Both the position numbers and the translations under genes were made by a program. From an uncultured virus (IMG/VR IMGVR_UViG_3300032093_000023) (taxonomy: Duplodnaviria; Heunggongvirae; Uroviricota; Caudoviricetes), in the IMG/VR virus record IMGVR_UViG_3300032093_000023: a DNA stretch of 64,000 nucleotides, one strand, 5' to 3'. Each line of letters opens with the position of its first letter. The stretch's first letter is position 1. This document shows positions 11,501-21,100 of the stretch, one piece after another. The notes beneath the pieces are model-generated. The model was given only the letters and a program-made list of their open reading frames with translations, ran no database searches and was not told the origin of the DNA.

Positions 11501-13700
11501 CTTGTAATAAATAATCAGTACTTAGTATTGTGTCTTTACCTCCTGTAAATAAATAATCTAAAGCAATATCTGCATATCCGGCAGGTTGTGAATTTACATT
11601 AGCCTTAGAAGCAATATATTTTTTAACTCTATCTTTGAAGTTGTCATAGATTTGTTGTTCTTCAGGAGTAAATATTTCACCTCCTTTCCTATTAATAATT
11701 TTATCTCCCAAATAAGATATAATTTGTTCTTCAGAAGCAGGTTGACCTTCTTCACTAACTACATCTTCTTCAACAGGAGTTACTGGAGTTTCACCTGGTG
11801 TAGTAACTACTGGTTCTCTAAAGTTATCTTCAATTGCTACTTCTTTAGCTGCAACATCTTCTAATTTTTTATTAGTAAATACTTGAGTATATTCTGGAGA
11901 TATAATCTTATTATATTCTTCAGTTAAAGCAATTACATTACTTTTAATTAATTCTTCTTTAGCTTTTAATTCTTGTAAATCTTTAGTACTAGATAATGTA
12001 GCTATTTGTTCTGGTGTACTAAAACCAGTAACTTCCATTTCTCTCTGTTGATTAATTTGAGCATTAAGTACTTCTTGTTTAACTGCTTCAGCTTGTTTAA
12101 TATTATGATTAACTTTAGCTTTATTAGCAATAACTTCTCCAACTTGAGGTAATACAGAATGTTTTTGGTAAACTTTTTCTAAGTTCTCAATTTCTTTAAT
12201 TGCTTCTTGAGCTTTAATTCTATAATCTTCACCAAACTTTTCTTTAGATGAAGGATCATTAGTAATAGATTTATATAAATTGATTAGTTGTTCAGTAGTA
12301 CCATTCTTAAAAGCATCTGTAGCTTGATTAATTAATAAATCATTTTGTAATTCACTAACTTTAAACTCATCATTATTCATTGCTGCTTCTTGAATATCGT
12401 TCAATATTGTAGCAGTAGTTTTAACATTATCTAAAGTTTCTTTAATAGTAGGAACACTTTCAGATTTAGAAAGTATTTCAATATTATTTATAGATTTTTG
12501 TTGAGCTCTAAATCTTTCTTTCTGAGATTGGTAAGTATTAACTAATACAGGAGAACCATCTTCATTTAATTTAACATTTCCATCTTCATCATAAGAAGGA
12601 GAATCTTTTTGTAAATATTTTATAGCATTAGTAGCTCCTGTTTGCATAATACCACCTAAAAATCCTACAATACCTGTTTCAAATCCTTCTTTAGAAAGAA
12701 CTTCGTTCACAGTATTATTAAAGTCATAAGTATATTTATTACCTTCCTTAGCACTTCTAATCGCTTCATTTTCAGCAATCATATTTACATTCTCTTCAAC
12801 ATATTCTTGAGAACCTTCTAATAATAATTTACCTAAGATTTGTTTTTTAGAAGCATCTTTAGCAACTTGTCTAGTTAATGCAATAGGCCTTAAGAAAGCT
12901 CCAGCACTAGTTAAGTTTAATGGTATATTAATTCTATTTATATTAATAGAATATGCAGCAGCATCAGCAGCCGCTTGTCTAGCCTTAGCGTCCATTTCCT
13001 CATCACTCATTGATGGGTTTAAGGGATCCTGAGATTGTTGTAATTTATTTAATTCAATATCATAAGATTTTTGATATACTCCCATAGCAATAGGAATACT
13101 CTCAGCTTGATTAAGCATTGCAGCATTAGTTACTGTACCAATACCTTGTACTACTTTAGAATATTTAGTTAATTGAGATAATAATTGAACACCTTTACCT
13201 AATCCTGCACCAGTGATGGCAAATGCTCCTGCTGAATCAATCAACCCTTTAGCATTATTTAACCACCATTCTCTAGAACCTAAGGTGTTATCGTTAGATT
13301 TATAGATTTTAGTAGCTCCTTCAATATCACCTTTAACCTCTTCAGCCCAGGCAGTAACAGCATTACCAACTTCATTATTTGTATTATAATAATCTTCAAA
13401 ATCTAACATTGAAGCTACATTACCAATTACAGTAAATGGAATTTTAGCAATACCTCCACCAATAGCATTAGCTGCTTCAGCACCCCAACCTTGTCTTTCA
13501 CCACGAAGTTGTTGTAGTTTTTCAGGAGTAATATCATTCCATGAAGTTTCTTGTGGTCTATCATATTGAGATTTACCAAAATCAGTATCTCCAAAATAAC
13601 CTTTACTTCCAGTATTTAAATTATACTTTGAAGTTTTTTCATTTAAAATAGATTGAGGATCTAAATTAATATTTAAATCTAATTTATTATTATCTGGCAT
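2508..13700 (-). CDS. Crassvirales-type virion RNA polymerase with N-terminal extension and zincin domain
   Basis: YRIPTEG and QFGADFDFDK (catalytic DxDxD at 5364-5378), resembling phi14:2 gp66 DFDID. MYHEAFH (HEXXH at 9279-9293) followed by EERLAD. 3730 aa. Confidence 0.9.
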   Translation of the reverse strand: MPDNNKLDLNINLDPQSILNEKTSKYNLNTGSKGYFGDTDFGKSQYDRPQETSWNDITPEKLQQLRGERQGWGAEAANAIGGGIAKIPFTVIGNVASMLDFEDYYNTNNEVGNAVTAWAEEVKGDIEGATKIYKSNDNTLGSREWWLNNAKGLIDSAGAFAITGAGLGKGVQLLSQLTKYSKVVQGIGTVTNAAMLNQAESIPIAMGVYQKSYDIELNKLQQSQDPLNPSMSDEEMDAKARQAAADAAAYSININRINIPLNLTSAGAFLRPIALTRQVAKDASKKQILGKLLLEGSQEYVEENVNMIAENEAIRSAKEGNKYTYDFNNTVNEVLSKEGFETGIVGFLGGIMQTGATNAIKYLQKDSPSYDEDGNVKLNEDGSPVLVNTYQSQKERFRAQQKSINNIEILSKSESVPTIKETLDNVKTTATILNDIQEAAMNNDEFKVSELQNDLLINQATDAFKNGTTEQLINLYKSITNDPSSKEKFGEDYRIKAQEAIKEIENLEKVYQKHSVLPQVGEVIANKAKVNHNIKQAEAVKQEVLNAQINQQREMEVTGFSTPEQIATLSSTKDLQELKAKEELIKSNVIALTEEYNKIISPEYTQVFTNKKLEDVAAKEVAIEDNFREPVVTTPGETPVTPVEEDVVSEEGQPASEEQIISYLGDKIINRKGGEIFTPEEQQIYDNFKDRVKKYIASKANVNSQPAGYADIALDYLFTGGKDTILSTDYLLQALVGGFPKAAIEINNIRNKYADKLGNIKDDINSDIYNKTMQEIRNVINKNYNNLKALEILDKILKNPTGFTTKEGRQVEIELDNLNQPEVTTPEVSESDETISNGASNAFDISTNLDETLDKPTQISDKEFTSKVPNALMMKHYEFQPGKKVWARDSEGLVIEESNPSVSIAVSNPNVAEVGSEVTYVHAGDEITLLQNAETEQELVVGKLALPHETTSTDPKVLAALEELKKLRAYILSKPSGSLKTTIAEKGKGKLLIKIKNNLPVLDQKVSTRPQDLVDNKPLFLYDNGESLVGKELSDNQQVVANQFTGTSYAVENPSDPQGTKLGVGRVFQVVKTANDSWSVIPVFTEFIGKSSNSEKVTNTIVESLINNISNNGMSINYNKLIQELNKYIFISSGNKFKNHSGIKVFESKEGTEIGKINVAGNTFKFTDIKSNNPVIIAELKQALQSSRFNLDVNNLNKSDYQEELLGNNVLVTNAYTDSNDNYYVQPYIQINNPEGYIATEVVVKKPFELVTPTNVNSENSYYDKRNKILSDKRDEILTKLKNKDLLLAAHYLLSKSGISNEYGSDTTLFTKVLKISFKEAEKLSKQHLEAIKPEGWKFGDDYDNSKLSNKLNEEILEINNKYDKILTDFETNFKNSNTTETKESDVLTSKHDLENFEEGSDLAFSRTKLEGTEITSKSIEKLNKILPGLTLADAKQVEEVGKNMKDTYGMFHNMLIYLFNGATNQTMYHEAFHGVFRNILSNTERIGILNDAVVKYDKPTVERLQFLREGKGNENLSDEVLTQLHYEERLADDFGKYADGELNQSLGKKILNFFKKIFDLFNIFKNSNPTQTDKLFSEIVKGKLADRSKGAKLANLPISYKDFGQAYVRVLNKISMAAELDRTKSIADQVLDRISQEVAKGTPLNKITNTTLAQIIADIKKQYAKTFAEEDSKANPDLNKLKIIKEVYDNFNGLLENISKQIKSTRNLNIDLSNLSDPKVLDLEGIQDTKEDEIVSSMEGNETKGWKEMTTISGIKTATHEIKLFLSNIPVVKKNGEVDIDIYGFTKFHSFEEIYHTLEHTLIGTTTFAGQAKKLQDLSAYKPVLKQVLEAIESIKNPETKAKFKQQFAANFNKQVLNYKLITYKKVGDSFDFKIFDPNREGVEVALKTKWESTNILDPNNLVTNDIRTFNTEEGSYEVNSDKVKALVESYKGKDLNVQEVFELANKLGVGLSYDTIETFNNIPSVNKFTPLQNLTRDLLSYASNKWVNKKFSDARTTFNQLVKMELNAQTALFTSSFNNVENSSVYAIQYQSFASKLVDKLSNDQLGSELKKDLERDPLFKNNFLFKNRHNLVMFPLDGLKMEGDTNEGKKFNQIDSDDYIAMIINMFVNKQAEGNMTNAPALYAPIIPAEKGLSFGFSYDKLTVPENLEGSTFLGEFRQLFLNELARIKQVTKDIKSLPKEKLVNNYHLGKKLGLEFNLTNAINSELKTELNKFLETQLDSNEDLLTALSKTNLLAKVDAALIKELEHVAKTEKQALLDKNIVQLVDGKLVSDKISSTIPENTIDKIVREWSLNSYLFNISSSLLINGDPAFYKGPADNGKRYYQGYSMLKFADTSTIDESYKYLKGAKFKMNIIEDVYSASESLNDLVAIAEETNNPRIKELAEDNYATNDKGVGMINNTDAQMFVSEAMFKELQKVFGQESDKLAVLKPFSYGNQWNAETKRYEPVQVKCSIFPLTNAYVENNPLLAEHKKLMDVDENYPQVIAFESTMKALSPFKADISTPESTSIVELDLNNFGEQVANPDHMLDSENSSLRQLKMLFYGMVENKQDYNGRSGRDIKNEIALLDKANIEEALQKVIEGFATNNPELTKMIQEAITSRNATSIIEKVFQQNPDGTFQYPLDLISSKSTIQLISSIFSGNVTRQAFTGGAAVQVSSIGLQVGASTLTSEDLNSDAKINKLRTSLKYIKSTGKDSIDFCEAAAPVWMKEFVNQDGSIKDNIPEEMKQMLVYRIPTEGAHSMMAVKVVHFLPAEYKGVMLLPYEVTTQFGADFDFDKIMFISRASKSVKGEIKPYVFIPEVDKTEERYSIYKEYSKDNKLTLEEFSKLSIIEQNIKPARDNKLLDNYFDILKSTSMLESLITPSGPGNIAKVAKELEEKSTKKKSNNYFTALNQVALKDLFHKISRLKGIAALQVSGHAWATEGNLNIKPKTKTDGTFIPQGVKIKSGNTTNTRNNLNQVISDDNTKIVEELSAMMAVILDAVKTPEMLPSIGITEKTLPLWSYIVRLGLGADIASRITAQPAIKDLSSALESNDKQLKSKNFKRKSIDTVIGDYKALYNKEFEKIASSTNTSEAYTALKDKVLGNNTLSSIEENDIIDSNELKQFTGLTLEDLNNPKAFDEVSLSNNPLAYEVLPEYKKLKFLQLQIALLNMYANNEKVITELGQLNNLFSINKETGPNFEDVNGKLELYKTLSSENTLIEGIATLLNSNAIKPYIDTVQAQYNVLQQHYNFASGFFNTIKNEVAQKVYGTTNIDFTRLKSDDRDAINGFIQMYLDAETTFKDIYLDENRLSEKEFMDDMAMLTSENTHKDVIFKIFGKAIPVVIQERLKNMALFQLLQVSNLKNSDVRTLSIRGNGKIELNQKELIINDLLTLWNEPSKVYKPLVKHLVEHSFINTGFFSGFSSYAGYIDPSILQDLGLSENRANIRKTILNNAPETNKVNNIVDQLFRNFAKKFTKTYDNENKLFNVLEDGKTLVIDKDSTDPRLKEITGGEILVPYIRFKMNKDYTPLYKLDEEASKISKQPTYRQITYLGQPGKRLEINPFGEVITEFPNNRYEKLEIKVKALSKPKNLVPVPQVESEEVVDNSESLYEGFNEILPSDQDVIEESINFSNNDWQSQEKSVPLKNREIKVNQYTFILKPNGEITYSDGKILTDETIINKVNIRKELQDGTLRTSNHKGNNYFVTSDNKILGSGITNLGKESVSNPKIKELILAKAVIYKKNCN

Positions 13701-13701
13701 A

Positions 13702-15702
13702 CTATCTTTCGTCTTTAGCTAATTTAGGTTTATATCCTGTACTAATTTGTTTTTGAATAAAGCTACTTTCCATAGCTTGTACTTCATTTAAATCCATTAA
13801 TTCAACACTACCATTAGATTTATTAATTGCAATAACTTTTTCAATAGGTTTATTATTTTCAGAATCAAATCCTTGTTTTCCTATAAATACGTATTTAGGA
13901 GACCCGTCACTTAATCTTTCAGCACTATTAACTACTTGTGTAGTTTTCATGTCTTGAGTTCCATCTAAAGTGTTTTTTAAATTATCTAATAAATATTGTT
14001 GTAATTTAGGATTTTGTATATTTTGATATTGTTTAATTAAACTATTACCAATAGATGATTCTACGTTCTGTAATTGTTTAACTTCTTCTGGTTTAATTTG
14101 TCCTTTAGCATTTCTTTCAAAAGATTTAGTTAAATTCCAAGTAGGTTCAATTAATGCTTTAGAAACTTTTTCACCTAAATAAATATCATAATTTTTAGAT
14201 TTTTCACCATCATTTGTAGTAATTACAAAAGTTCCTGGGTTTTCAGCATAAAAATTAATATCTTTAATTACACCATTTTCAGCAATTTTTGACTTATTTT
14301 CATCATCAATAATTTGATTAGAAGGATTACCTGTTTCAGTAATTTTAGCTGTTTCTAAAAATGGAGATTTTTTAAATCCTTCACCTTTAGAGTCTACAGT
14401 ACCTAAATAATAACTTGAAATATTGTTACTTAATTCTGCTTGTAATCCTTGACCAACTTGACCATTGATTAACATATTTTTACCAACTTCAGTTATTGTT
14501 TGTTGTAATTTATCATAGTCTGTTTTACCATCTTTTAATTTAGGAATTTGAATACCTAAATTTTTAGCGGTATTATTTAATCCTGTGTAAAACTCTGTTA
14601 ATTTTTGAGTATTTTCTTTAGAATTACTTTTATCAAATATAAAGACTGGAGCATTAAACAATCCTGGTCCCTTTACAGAAGTACTTTGTACTTTTGTATT
14701 ATAGTCAAATTTACCATCTTTATTTAAGTTAGAACCTAATCCAAAAACATTTAAAGCATCCTTATTAGAAACTTCTCCTGGTGTTTGTACAGGTAATTCA
14801 TGCATTGGTAATCTGTTAAATGAAGCCTCTTCATCTTGGTTATCTTGATTTCTAGACCACATATCAGTTAAACTAATAGAATTACCTGAAGTTTTTTCTG
14901 ATCCAATTTGTTCAGAGGCTGATGAAAATAAAGCTTTAACTCCTTCATTAAGAATTTGATCATCAGATATACCAGGATTTAACTTACGAAGTTTTTTGGC
15001 AAATTGTTTACCTTCATCTGTTAATTTTAACATATCAGATACTTTATCTTTAGCAACACCCATTACTTTATTAGGAGTAATACCAGCTTGTTTACCTTTA
15101 CTACCAATTTTAATACCATCAGCACCAAGTCTTTCAACGTCCCAACCTTTAATATCTTCTTTAATACCATCCATAGCTTTAGAAAATCTAGCTTCAATAT
15201 CTAAAGAATCCTCCATTCCAGAATATCTAAATGGTTTTAAAGAACCATCTTCTCCAACTAATTGTTGCCCATAATAATCATCTAATAAAGGATCATATTT
15301 TCCACCTTTCTTAGTTTTATCTTCTTTATATGCTTTATAGTTTAAATAAGAATTTTCTAATTCTTGTCTATCAGGATCATTAAAAAACTGTCTTTTAACT
15401 TGCTCTAATTCCCTAGAAGCATTAGGATCACCTGCTACAATTTTATCAGTTAATCCTTGAATTACAGGATGATATTTAGCATCTAATTCTTGCTTCTTTT
15501 TAATGTTAGATAAACCTAATTGAGGGTCATGTATTGCTGGAACCTGTGACATTAAATCATTTAACTTATAAGTATCTGCGATATCAGAATCATATTTTTG
15601 TTGCATTTTAGCTCCTAAAGTTCCTATTTGTTCAAAAGGTAATGGAACATAAGAACTTACATATTGTTGTTGTTGACTAGTGTCAAAGCGATTACTTGGC
15701 AT
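13702..15702 (-). CDS. crAss-like cargo/ejection protein
   Basis: N-terminal NRFD...YVSSYVPLPFE; helical; lies between the cargo gene and the RNAP. Confidence 0.65.
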   Translation of the reverse strand: MPSNRFDTSQQQQYVSSYVPLPFEQIGTLGAKMQQKYDSDIADTYKLNDLMSQVPAIHDPQLGLSNIKKKQELDAKYHPVIQGLTDKIVAGDPNASRELEQVKRQFFNDPDRQELENSYLNYKAYKEDKTKKGGKYDPLLDDYYGQQLVGEDGSLKPFRYSGMEDSLDIEARFSKAMDGIKEDIKGWDVERLGADGIKIGSKGKQAGITPNKVMGVAKDKVSDMLKLTDEGKQFAKKLRKLNPGISDDQILNEGVKALFSSASEQIGSEKTSGNSISLTDMWSRNQDNQDEEASFNRLPMHELPVQTPGEVSNKDALNVFGLGSNLNKDGKFDYNTKVQSTSVKGPGLFNAPVFIFDKSNSKENTQKLTEFYTGLNNTAKNLGIQIPKLKDGKTDYDKLQQTITEVGKNMLINGQVGQGLQAELSNNISSYYLGTVDSKGEGFKKSPFLETAKITETGNPSNQIIDDENKSKIAENGVIKDINFYAENPGTFVITTNDGEKSKNYDIYLGEKVSKALIEPTWNLTKSFERNAKGQIKPEEVKQLQNVESSIGNSLIKQYQNIQNPKLQQYLLDNLKNTLDGTQDMKTTQVVNSAERLSDGSPKYVFIGKQGFDSENNKPIEKVIAINKSNGSVELMDLNEVQAMESSFIQKQISTGYKPKLAKDER

Positions 15703-15738
15703 CTTATAAAGATATTAATTAATTACTGAATAACAAAA

Positions 15739-18009
15739 CTATTTACCAGTTTTCTTTTTATTAAATCCAGATTCTTCTAGATATTTTTTAAACTGAGGAT
15801 CATTATAATATTTCATCATCAACTGTAAAGTTTCTTGATCCATATTAGTCTTTTTATTATCCATCATTTGATTAGCTACATTAGAACCTAATGAACCAAT
15901 AGCTTCGCCTTTACCAGATCTATTTCTAGCTCTATTCATAGCATTCGCAATAACTTCTTGTCTAGCTAATTCATTGTTATATTGACCTACAGAATTAGAA
16001 ATACCAGCATTAGCATTTTGATAATCTGTATGAATTCTAGCTTTGTTAATTGTATTTTGAGCATTTAATGCAACTCTATTACTTAAATAAGTTCCAGCAT
16101 TTCCACCACTTGCTCCTCTAACATTATATTCAGCTCTACGAGTTTGAGCCTCAGCATCTCTTAAAGCTGCACTAGGATCTAAATAAGTAGCTTTCATACG
16201 TTCATAAGATTCAACTTCTGGTTTATTATATCGAGATAGATTATAAATATTACCTGCATTCTGTGCTGCAAAATTACCTACTTGTCCTAAAGTATTTTTC
16301 CAATCAAACTTATTAGTATTTCTTCCACCAGAAGCATTCATTCTAGCTAATTCTGCATCATAAAGTTCTTGATCACGTTTGGACCCAACACTACTAACTT
16401 CAGAACTAGCTTGTAATTCTTCTGGAGACCATGCTGAACTAGTTACTTTATTATTTGAATTCCATCTATGTTGAGCATCTATTTTAGCTGATGAACTTTT
16501 CCATACAGATTCTAAGTCATCACCTTCTTCTTCCGGAGTCAATACTCCAAATTCATATTGAGATAGTTTTCTACCACCCATTGCAAATCCTGGTAAATAA
16601 ACTTTTTTATAATCATTAAATTGTTCATCATATGTACCTTTAGTAGGATCATTTAAGTATTCAAATTTAGGTAATTGTTTATCCATTTGAACATTAGAAT
16701 CTCTTACTTGAGTTCTAGTATTAAGTAAATTATTATAATTATTTAATCCTATGTCTGTAGATACACCTTTATCTTTACTTAAAGCTTTTAAATTAGGAGC
16801 TATAACTTTATTTCCTTGGTAGTTATAAAATCTAGGATCATCTCCATAAGATAACATATTACCTTCTCCACCATAAGGATACATAGGTAATTTAACACCA
16901 CCCATAGGAAATTCTTGTGAAGCTTCTGAAGATTGATTTAAATTAACTCCCATCTTCTTAGCATAGGCTTCAACCTTAGCTTGTTTAAGAGCTTCCTGAG
17001 CATTAAATAATTCTTGAGAGTTTTTATTTTTAGCAAACTTCATTAATTCAGCTGTACGCTTAGAAGTATTACCATATTTATTAGATTCTAAAATCTTATC
17101 TTCTTTAGAAATATTATTAACTTTATTTAATTCTGCAAATGTTTTTTTACCTAATTTTAATCTATCTGAAAAGATCATTGAGTTCCCTGGTAAAGCTACA
17201 GGAACTCCTCCCTGAGAGTGTGGAGGCCCGTCTGCTTGTAAGAAACCTCCATTAGGAGCAACAACATTTTCTTGTTTTTCAATCTCAGCATTAGGTTGCA
17301 TATTCATACCCCCCATTGCATATTGTATAGATACTCCTTTAGGTTGTTGATAGTTAGCCATACCTGCTTGAATAGCATTATTGATATAATCATTTTGTTG
17401 TTGTTGATAAGCAGCTTGTTGTTTAGCTTGTTCTTCTTGTGCTAATTTATTTGCAGCAATAGTTTCTTTAGCACTAGACTCAACTTGATTTTTATGTCTA
17501 TTAGTAAACATATCTGAGATACCTCCCGTTAAAGCTCCAGCTACTTTTTGACCATCTGTTGCATTAGGATCACTCATTATACCTATTAGTGAATTAGAAG
17601 GGCTTAAAAATCCTCCTACAACTTCACCAGCTTTAGAATCACCAGAATTAATTATATTACCATTAGCATCAGTTCTATCTACTTGCGTCTGAACACCAGA
17701 ACCAATTTGAGTTACAGCACCCACCGCAGTCCCTAACAAAGGGTTAATTGCAGTAGCCACTCCTACTTTTGCTGTATCAGCTCCTGCTTGTAAAGATCTA
17801 GTTTTTTCTAAACTAGTAGCTCCTGGAGTATTGTATCCAGAGTATGCTTGCATTCCTCCTGCAGCTATAGCCCCAGCAGCCTGTGCATATTGATCATTAG
17901 ATACTCCTCTTTTTTTGTTGTATAAATTAGATGTAGCGTCACCACCTTCTCCACCATTAACAAATTTAGGTAAATGAGTTTTAGGGACTTTTTTATTTGA
18001 TTTTTTCAT
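15739..18009 (-). CDS. crAss-like cargo/pilot protein (crAss001 gp45-like)
   Basis: Gly/Ala-rich N-terminus, AEIEKQE...GPPHSQGGV...IFSDRLK domain and repeated [FY]xxGG motifs; directly downstream of the muzzle gene. Confidence 0.7.
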   Translation of the reverse strand: MKKSNKKVPKTHLPKFVNGGEGGDATSNLYNKKRGVSNDQYAQAAGAIAAGGMQAYSGYNTPGATSLEKTRSLQAGADTAKVGVATAINPLLGTAVGAVTQIGSGVQTQVDRTDANGNIINSGDSKAGEVVGGFLSPSNSLIGIMSDPNATDGQKVAGALTGGISDMFTNRHKNQVESSAKETIAANKLAQEEQAKQQAAYQQQQNDYINNAIQAGMANYQQPKGVSIQYAMGGMNMQPNAEIEKQENVVAPNGGFLQADGPPHSQGGVPVALPGNSMIFSDRLKLGKKTFAELNKVNNISKEDKILESNKYGNTSKRTAELMKFAKNKNSQELFNAQEALKQAKVEAYAKKMGVNLNQSSEASQEFPMGGVKLPMYPYGGEGNMLSYGDDPRFYNYQGNKVIAPNLKALSKDKGVSTDIGLNNYNNLLNTRTQVRDSNVQMDKQLPKFEYLNDPTKGTYDEQFNDYKKVYLPGFAMGGRKLSQYEFGVLTPEEEGDDLESVWKSSSAKIDAQHRWNSNNKVTSSAWSPEELQASSEVSSVGSKRDQELYDAELARMNASGGRNTNKFDWKNTLGQVGNFAAQNAGNIYNLSRYNKPEVESYERMKATYLDPSAALRDAEAQTRRAEYNVRGASGGNAGTYLSNRVALNAQNTINKARIHTDYQNANAGISNSVGQYNNELARQEVIANAMNRARNRSGKGEAIGSLGSNVANQMMDNKKTNMDQETLQLMMKYYNDPQFKKYLEESGFNKKKTGK

Positions 18010-18014
18010 AATAA

Positions 18015-18022
18015 CAAATTTA
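18015..18022 (-). promoter_or_regulatory. Bacteroidota -7 promoter element TAAATTTG
   Basis: Matches TAnnTTTG immediately upstream of the cargo gene ATG (18009). Confidence 0.45.
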
Positions 18023-18070
18023 GTTATATTGTATTATATAATATAGTGTATTTTTTTGTAATATCCAAAT

Positions 18071-18108
18071 AAAAACCCCAGTATTTACAGTTAAGTAATA
18101 ACCAGGGT
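18071..18108 (-). terminator. Intrinsic terminator after the muzzle gene
   Basis: Minus-strand ACCCUGGU...ACUGGGGU stem with GU pairs, followed by UUUU. Confidence 0.5.
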
Positions 18109-18138
18109 CATTATATGTTTTTTGTATAATTATTTTAG

Positions 18139-21100
18139 TTATCTGTCAGATACTCTAAATATAGACTTGAGATTGTGTATTATAAATCTCACATTTGGAC
18201 TGTTGTTGTAATATAGATCAATCATCATCCATTTATCTCTTATCCTCTCTCCAAATGTAGTTTTAGTTAATTTACCTGGATCAAATAAAGAAGCTGTAGA
18301 AGGAGTCGTTGTGTTATAGTTAAACTTATTTCTAGGTACTTGTAAATTAAATCCTTGTTCAACCTTTCTCAAATTACTATCTGGAGCAATAGTTAAATTA
18401 ACCCAATCTGTATTTTGATATTGATTATAAACTCTAACCTTACTAAATGTTTCAAATGGTTTATTTACATCATCTGGATAACTAATAAAGTCTAAAGAAG
18501 GTTCTGATGGAGAACCAGGATAAACATTCAAGTCATCATTAAACTCTAAATTATCATCAATAGCTTCAGACATCCAAGTTAAGTTATCTAATACTTTAGT
18601 AAGTAAAGGTTGCTCATTAAGTAATATTTTTAATGTACTAGGATATTGTACATTATAGAAATTACCATAAGGACCATAATTGTGAAACCATACTTTATTA
18701 TCTCTATTAGTACTTAATAGATATTTATTACTATTGATATATAAATTAGGTGTAAAATTATACATACCTGTAAATGCAGCCAATACTTCAGAATAAGCTA
18801 GAGTAAGTAATTCTTGTTTTGTTACTTTCTCAAAAATGGTATCTGGCATATTTAAAAAAGTATATAAAAATTCATTATGATAATAATCATAAGTTGTTAG
18901 TATACCTTTATTAATAATAGGATTATCATGTTTTAATATATCATCATGTAATCTTTTAATTACAAAGTTTCTCTGTCCTTTAATATCAGATATAGGAGAT
19001 ACACCTTCACCGTTAAATGTGTATATTTTTTTATGTCTAGCATCAACAAATGAAATAGCTGACTGAGATCTATATACAGACCATTGATGTGAAGTACCAG
19101 TATCTATTGCTTTATAAAAATGTTTTTGAATAACTTGACTATCAGTACCATTACCTAATTTAATAGATGTACCTGCACTATCATTAATCATAGATACAGG
19201 GTTAATTAATAGTTCACCAATACCTCTTTCTTGTAAGTAATACATCTTTTCTTTAAGAGATACTAAAGCCATAATTTGACCATAATTACCTTCTACATCA
19301 TAGAAGTTATTAGTTAAATATTTACTCCATGAATCTTCTATTTCATTATCAAACTTAATTTCTGAAAAGAATACTCTATTTCTCCATACATCATTTACTT
19401 GAAAGTTTAATGGTTTAGGAAAAAATGTAACAACATTCTTTTCATTAGAATGGTATGTAGGATAACCATATTGATCTTCAGAACTATAAAGATTATTTGT
19501 AAGTTGTGTATCAATATGCTCTCCAAATCTCATGGCTTGATTATTTTGATTAGTACAAGGAAATAAATAACTTACACTAATATTGAATTTGCATGTAGCT
19601 ACTTTGCTAGGAAATCCTAATGCAACATTTCCCGGATCATCAGTAAAGGTACTCTCATACGGATAATATGCAAATTTAGGAGCATTACCTAAATTTTTAG
19701 ATATTTTCTGTAAATCCCAATAGTTCATATGAATATCTCCACCAAAACAATTAATATCTAATACTAAATTATTCTTTAATGTTTCATTAATTCTTTTTAA
19801 TGGCACAAAGCTACCACATGGAATATATATACTATTTGTTCTTGCAGCATATGTATTACCACCATATTGATTAAGATTAGGTCTATAATATAATGCTATT
19901 AGTTTATTACCTTCAGTATCGGCAGTAGTTTTTCCTATACCTGATATACTAGTGTCTAAATTATTAGCGAGACAAACAGCTACAGTTTTACATCCCCATC
20001 CAGGTACATCAGATGTACTAGTACCTGAAGGGTAGATAGCAAGACCAGGATTTCCAAAACTTTTCATGTGATTATATAAAGTATAACCACCTACTGTTAC
20101 TGAATTATTTCCACCAGCAACCATACTACCTTCTGTAATATCGTAATTAGTTAATGCTGTAGAAGCATGTACCGCCTCTTCAACATAAAATAATAAATAA
20201 TAAGGCATTTCATCAGAATCATAGGCTGTTTGAAATTTACCACAAGCTGTATTAAAACAAGGAAGAGGTCCAAATGATCCATTCCCACCAACAAACCCGT
20301 GCGGATTACCAGGAATACCATTATTTGATGGAGGTATAGTACCTCTAGTTTTTATACCACTACCAGCGGGACCATTAGTCCCTTCATTATTTAACCAGTC
20401 TTCTAAATTATCAAACCCTAATCTATATCTAGGATTAGCAACACCACTTCTAGCTCTAGACCTATTAATCGCTTTTACTCTAGACCTAATTAATAACTTA
20501 TCACCATTTCTATAATTATAACCATTTAATAGTAAGTCAAATGAATCAAAAGTCATTACTTTTTGACCTATACCCGTTTCACCATCACCTGAAGCAACTG
20601 TATAATCTGGACATAATGTTTCAATAGCTCTTTGACTAGGATTAGGCATATAAATAGTAGCTGTAGTAGTTGCACCTAAAAGTACCATAAATCCAGGTAC
20701 TGCTTTATAATGAAATCCCCCACCTAAAACAATAGGTCCATCTGAAGGTTGTCTAGGTTGAGTAATAATACCACATCCTAATATTGTTTTATCAGATTCA
20801 GTTCTTTCAACTCTAACTATTTGATAACCCCCAATAAAATCTTTAATTGTAGAAATATCTATAGTAAATTTAATATAAAGTATTTGACCATAAATATTAT
20901 CATTATATTCAAACGAATTTCTAAAATCTGTAATACCTGTAGTTTGAGCAATTGTAGAAGGATTACTATTAGTATCTCCAGTTGAAGGCATTTTAATATC
21001 ACCTATCCATTCAGTAAAGAAAGGATTACCTTGTAAATCAAAGAATTGTATTCCTAATCTATATATTTCTTCTTGTTGAAACCCTTTCATTACAGAAGTT

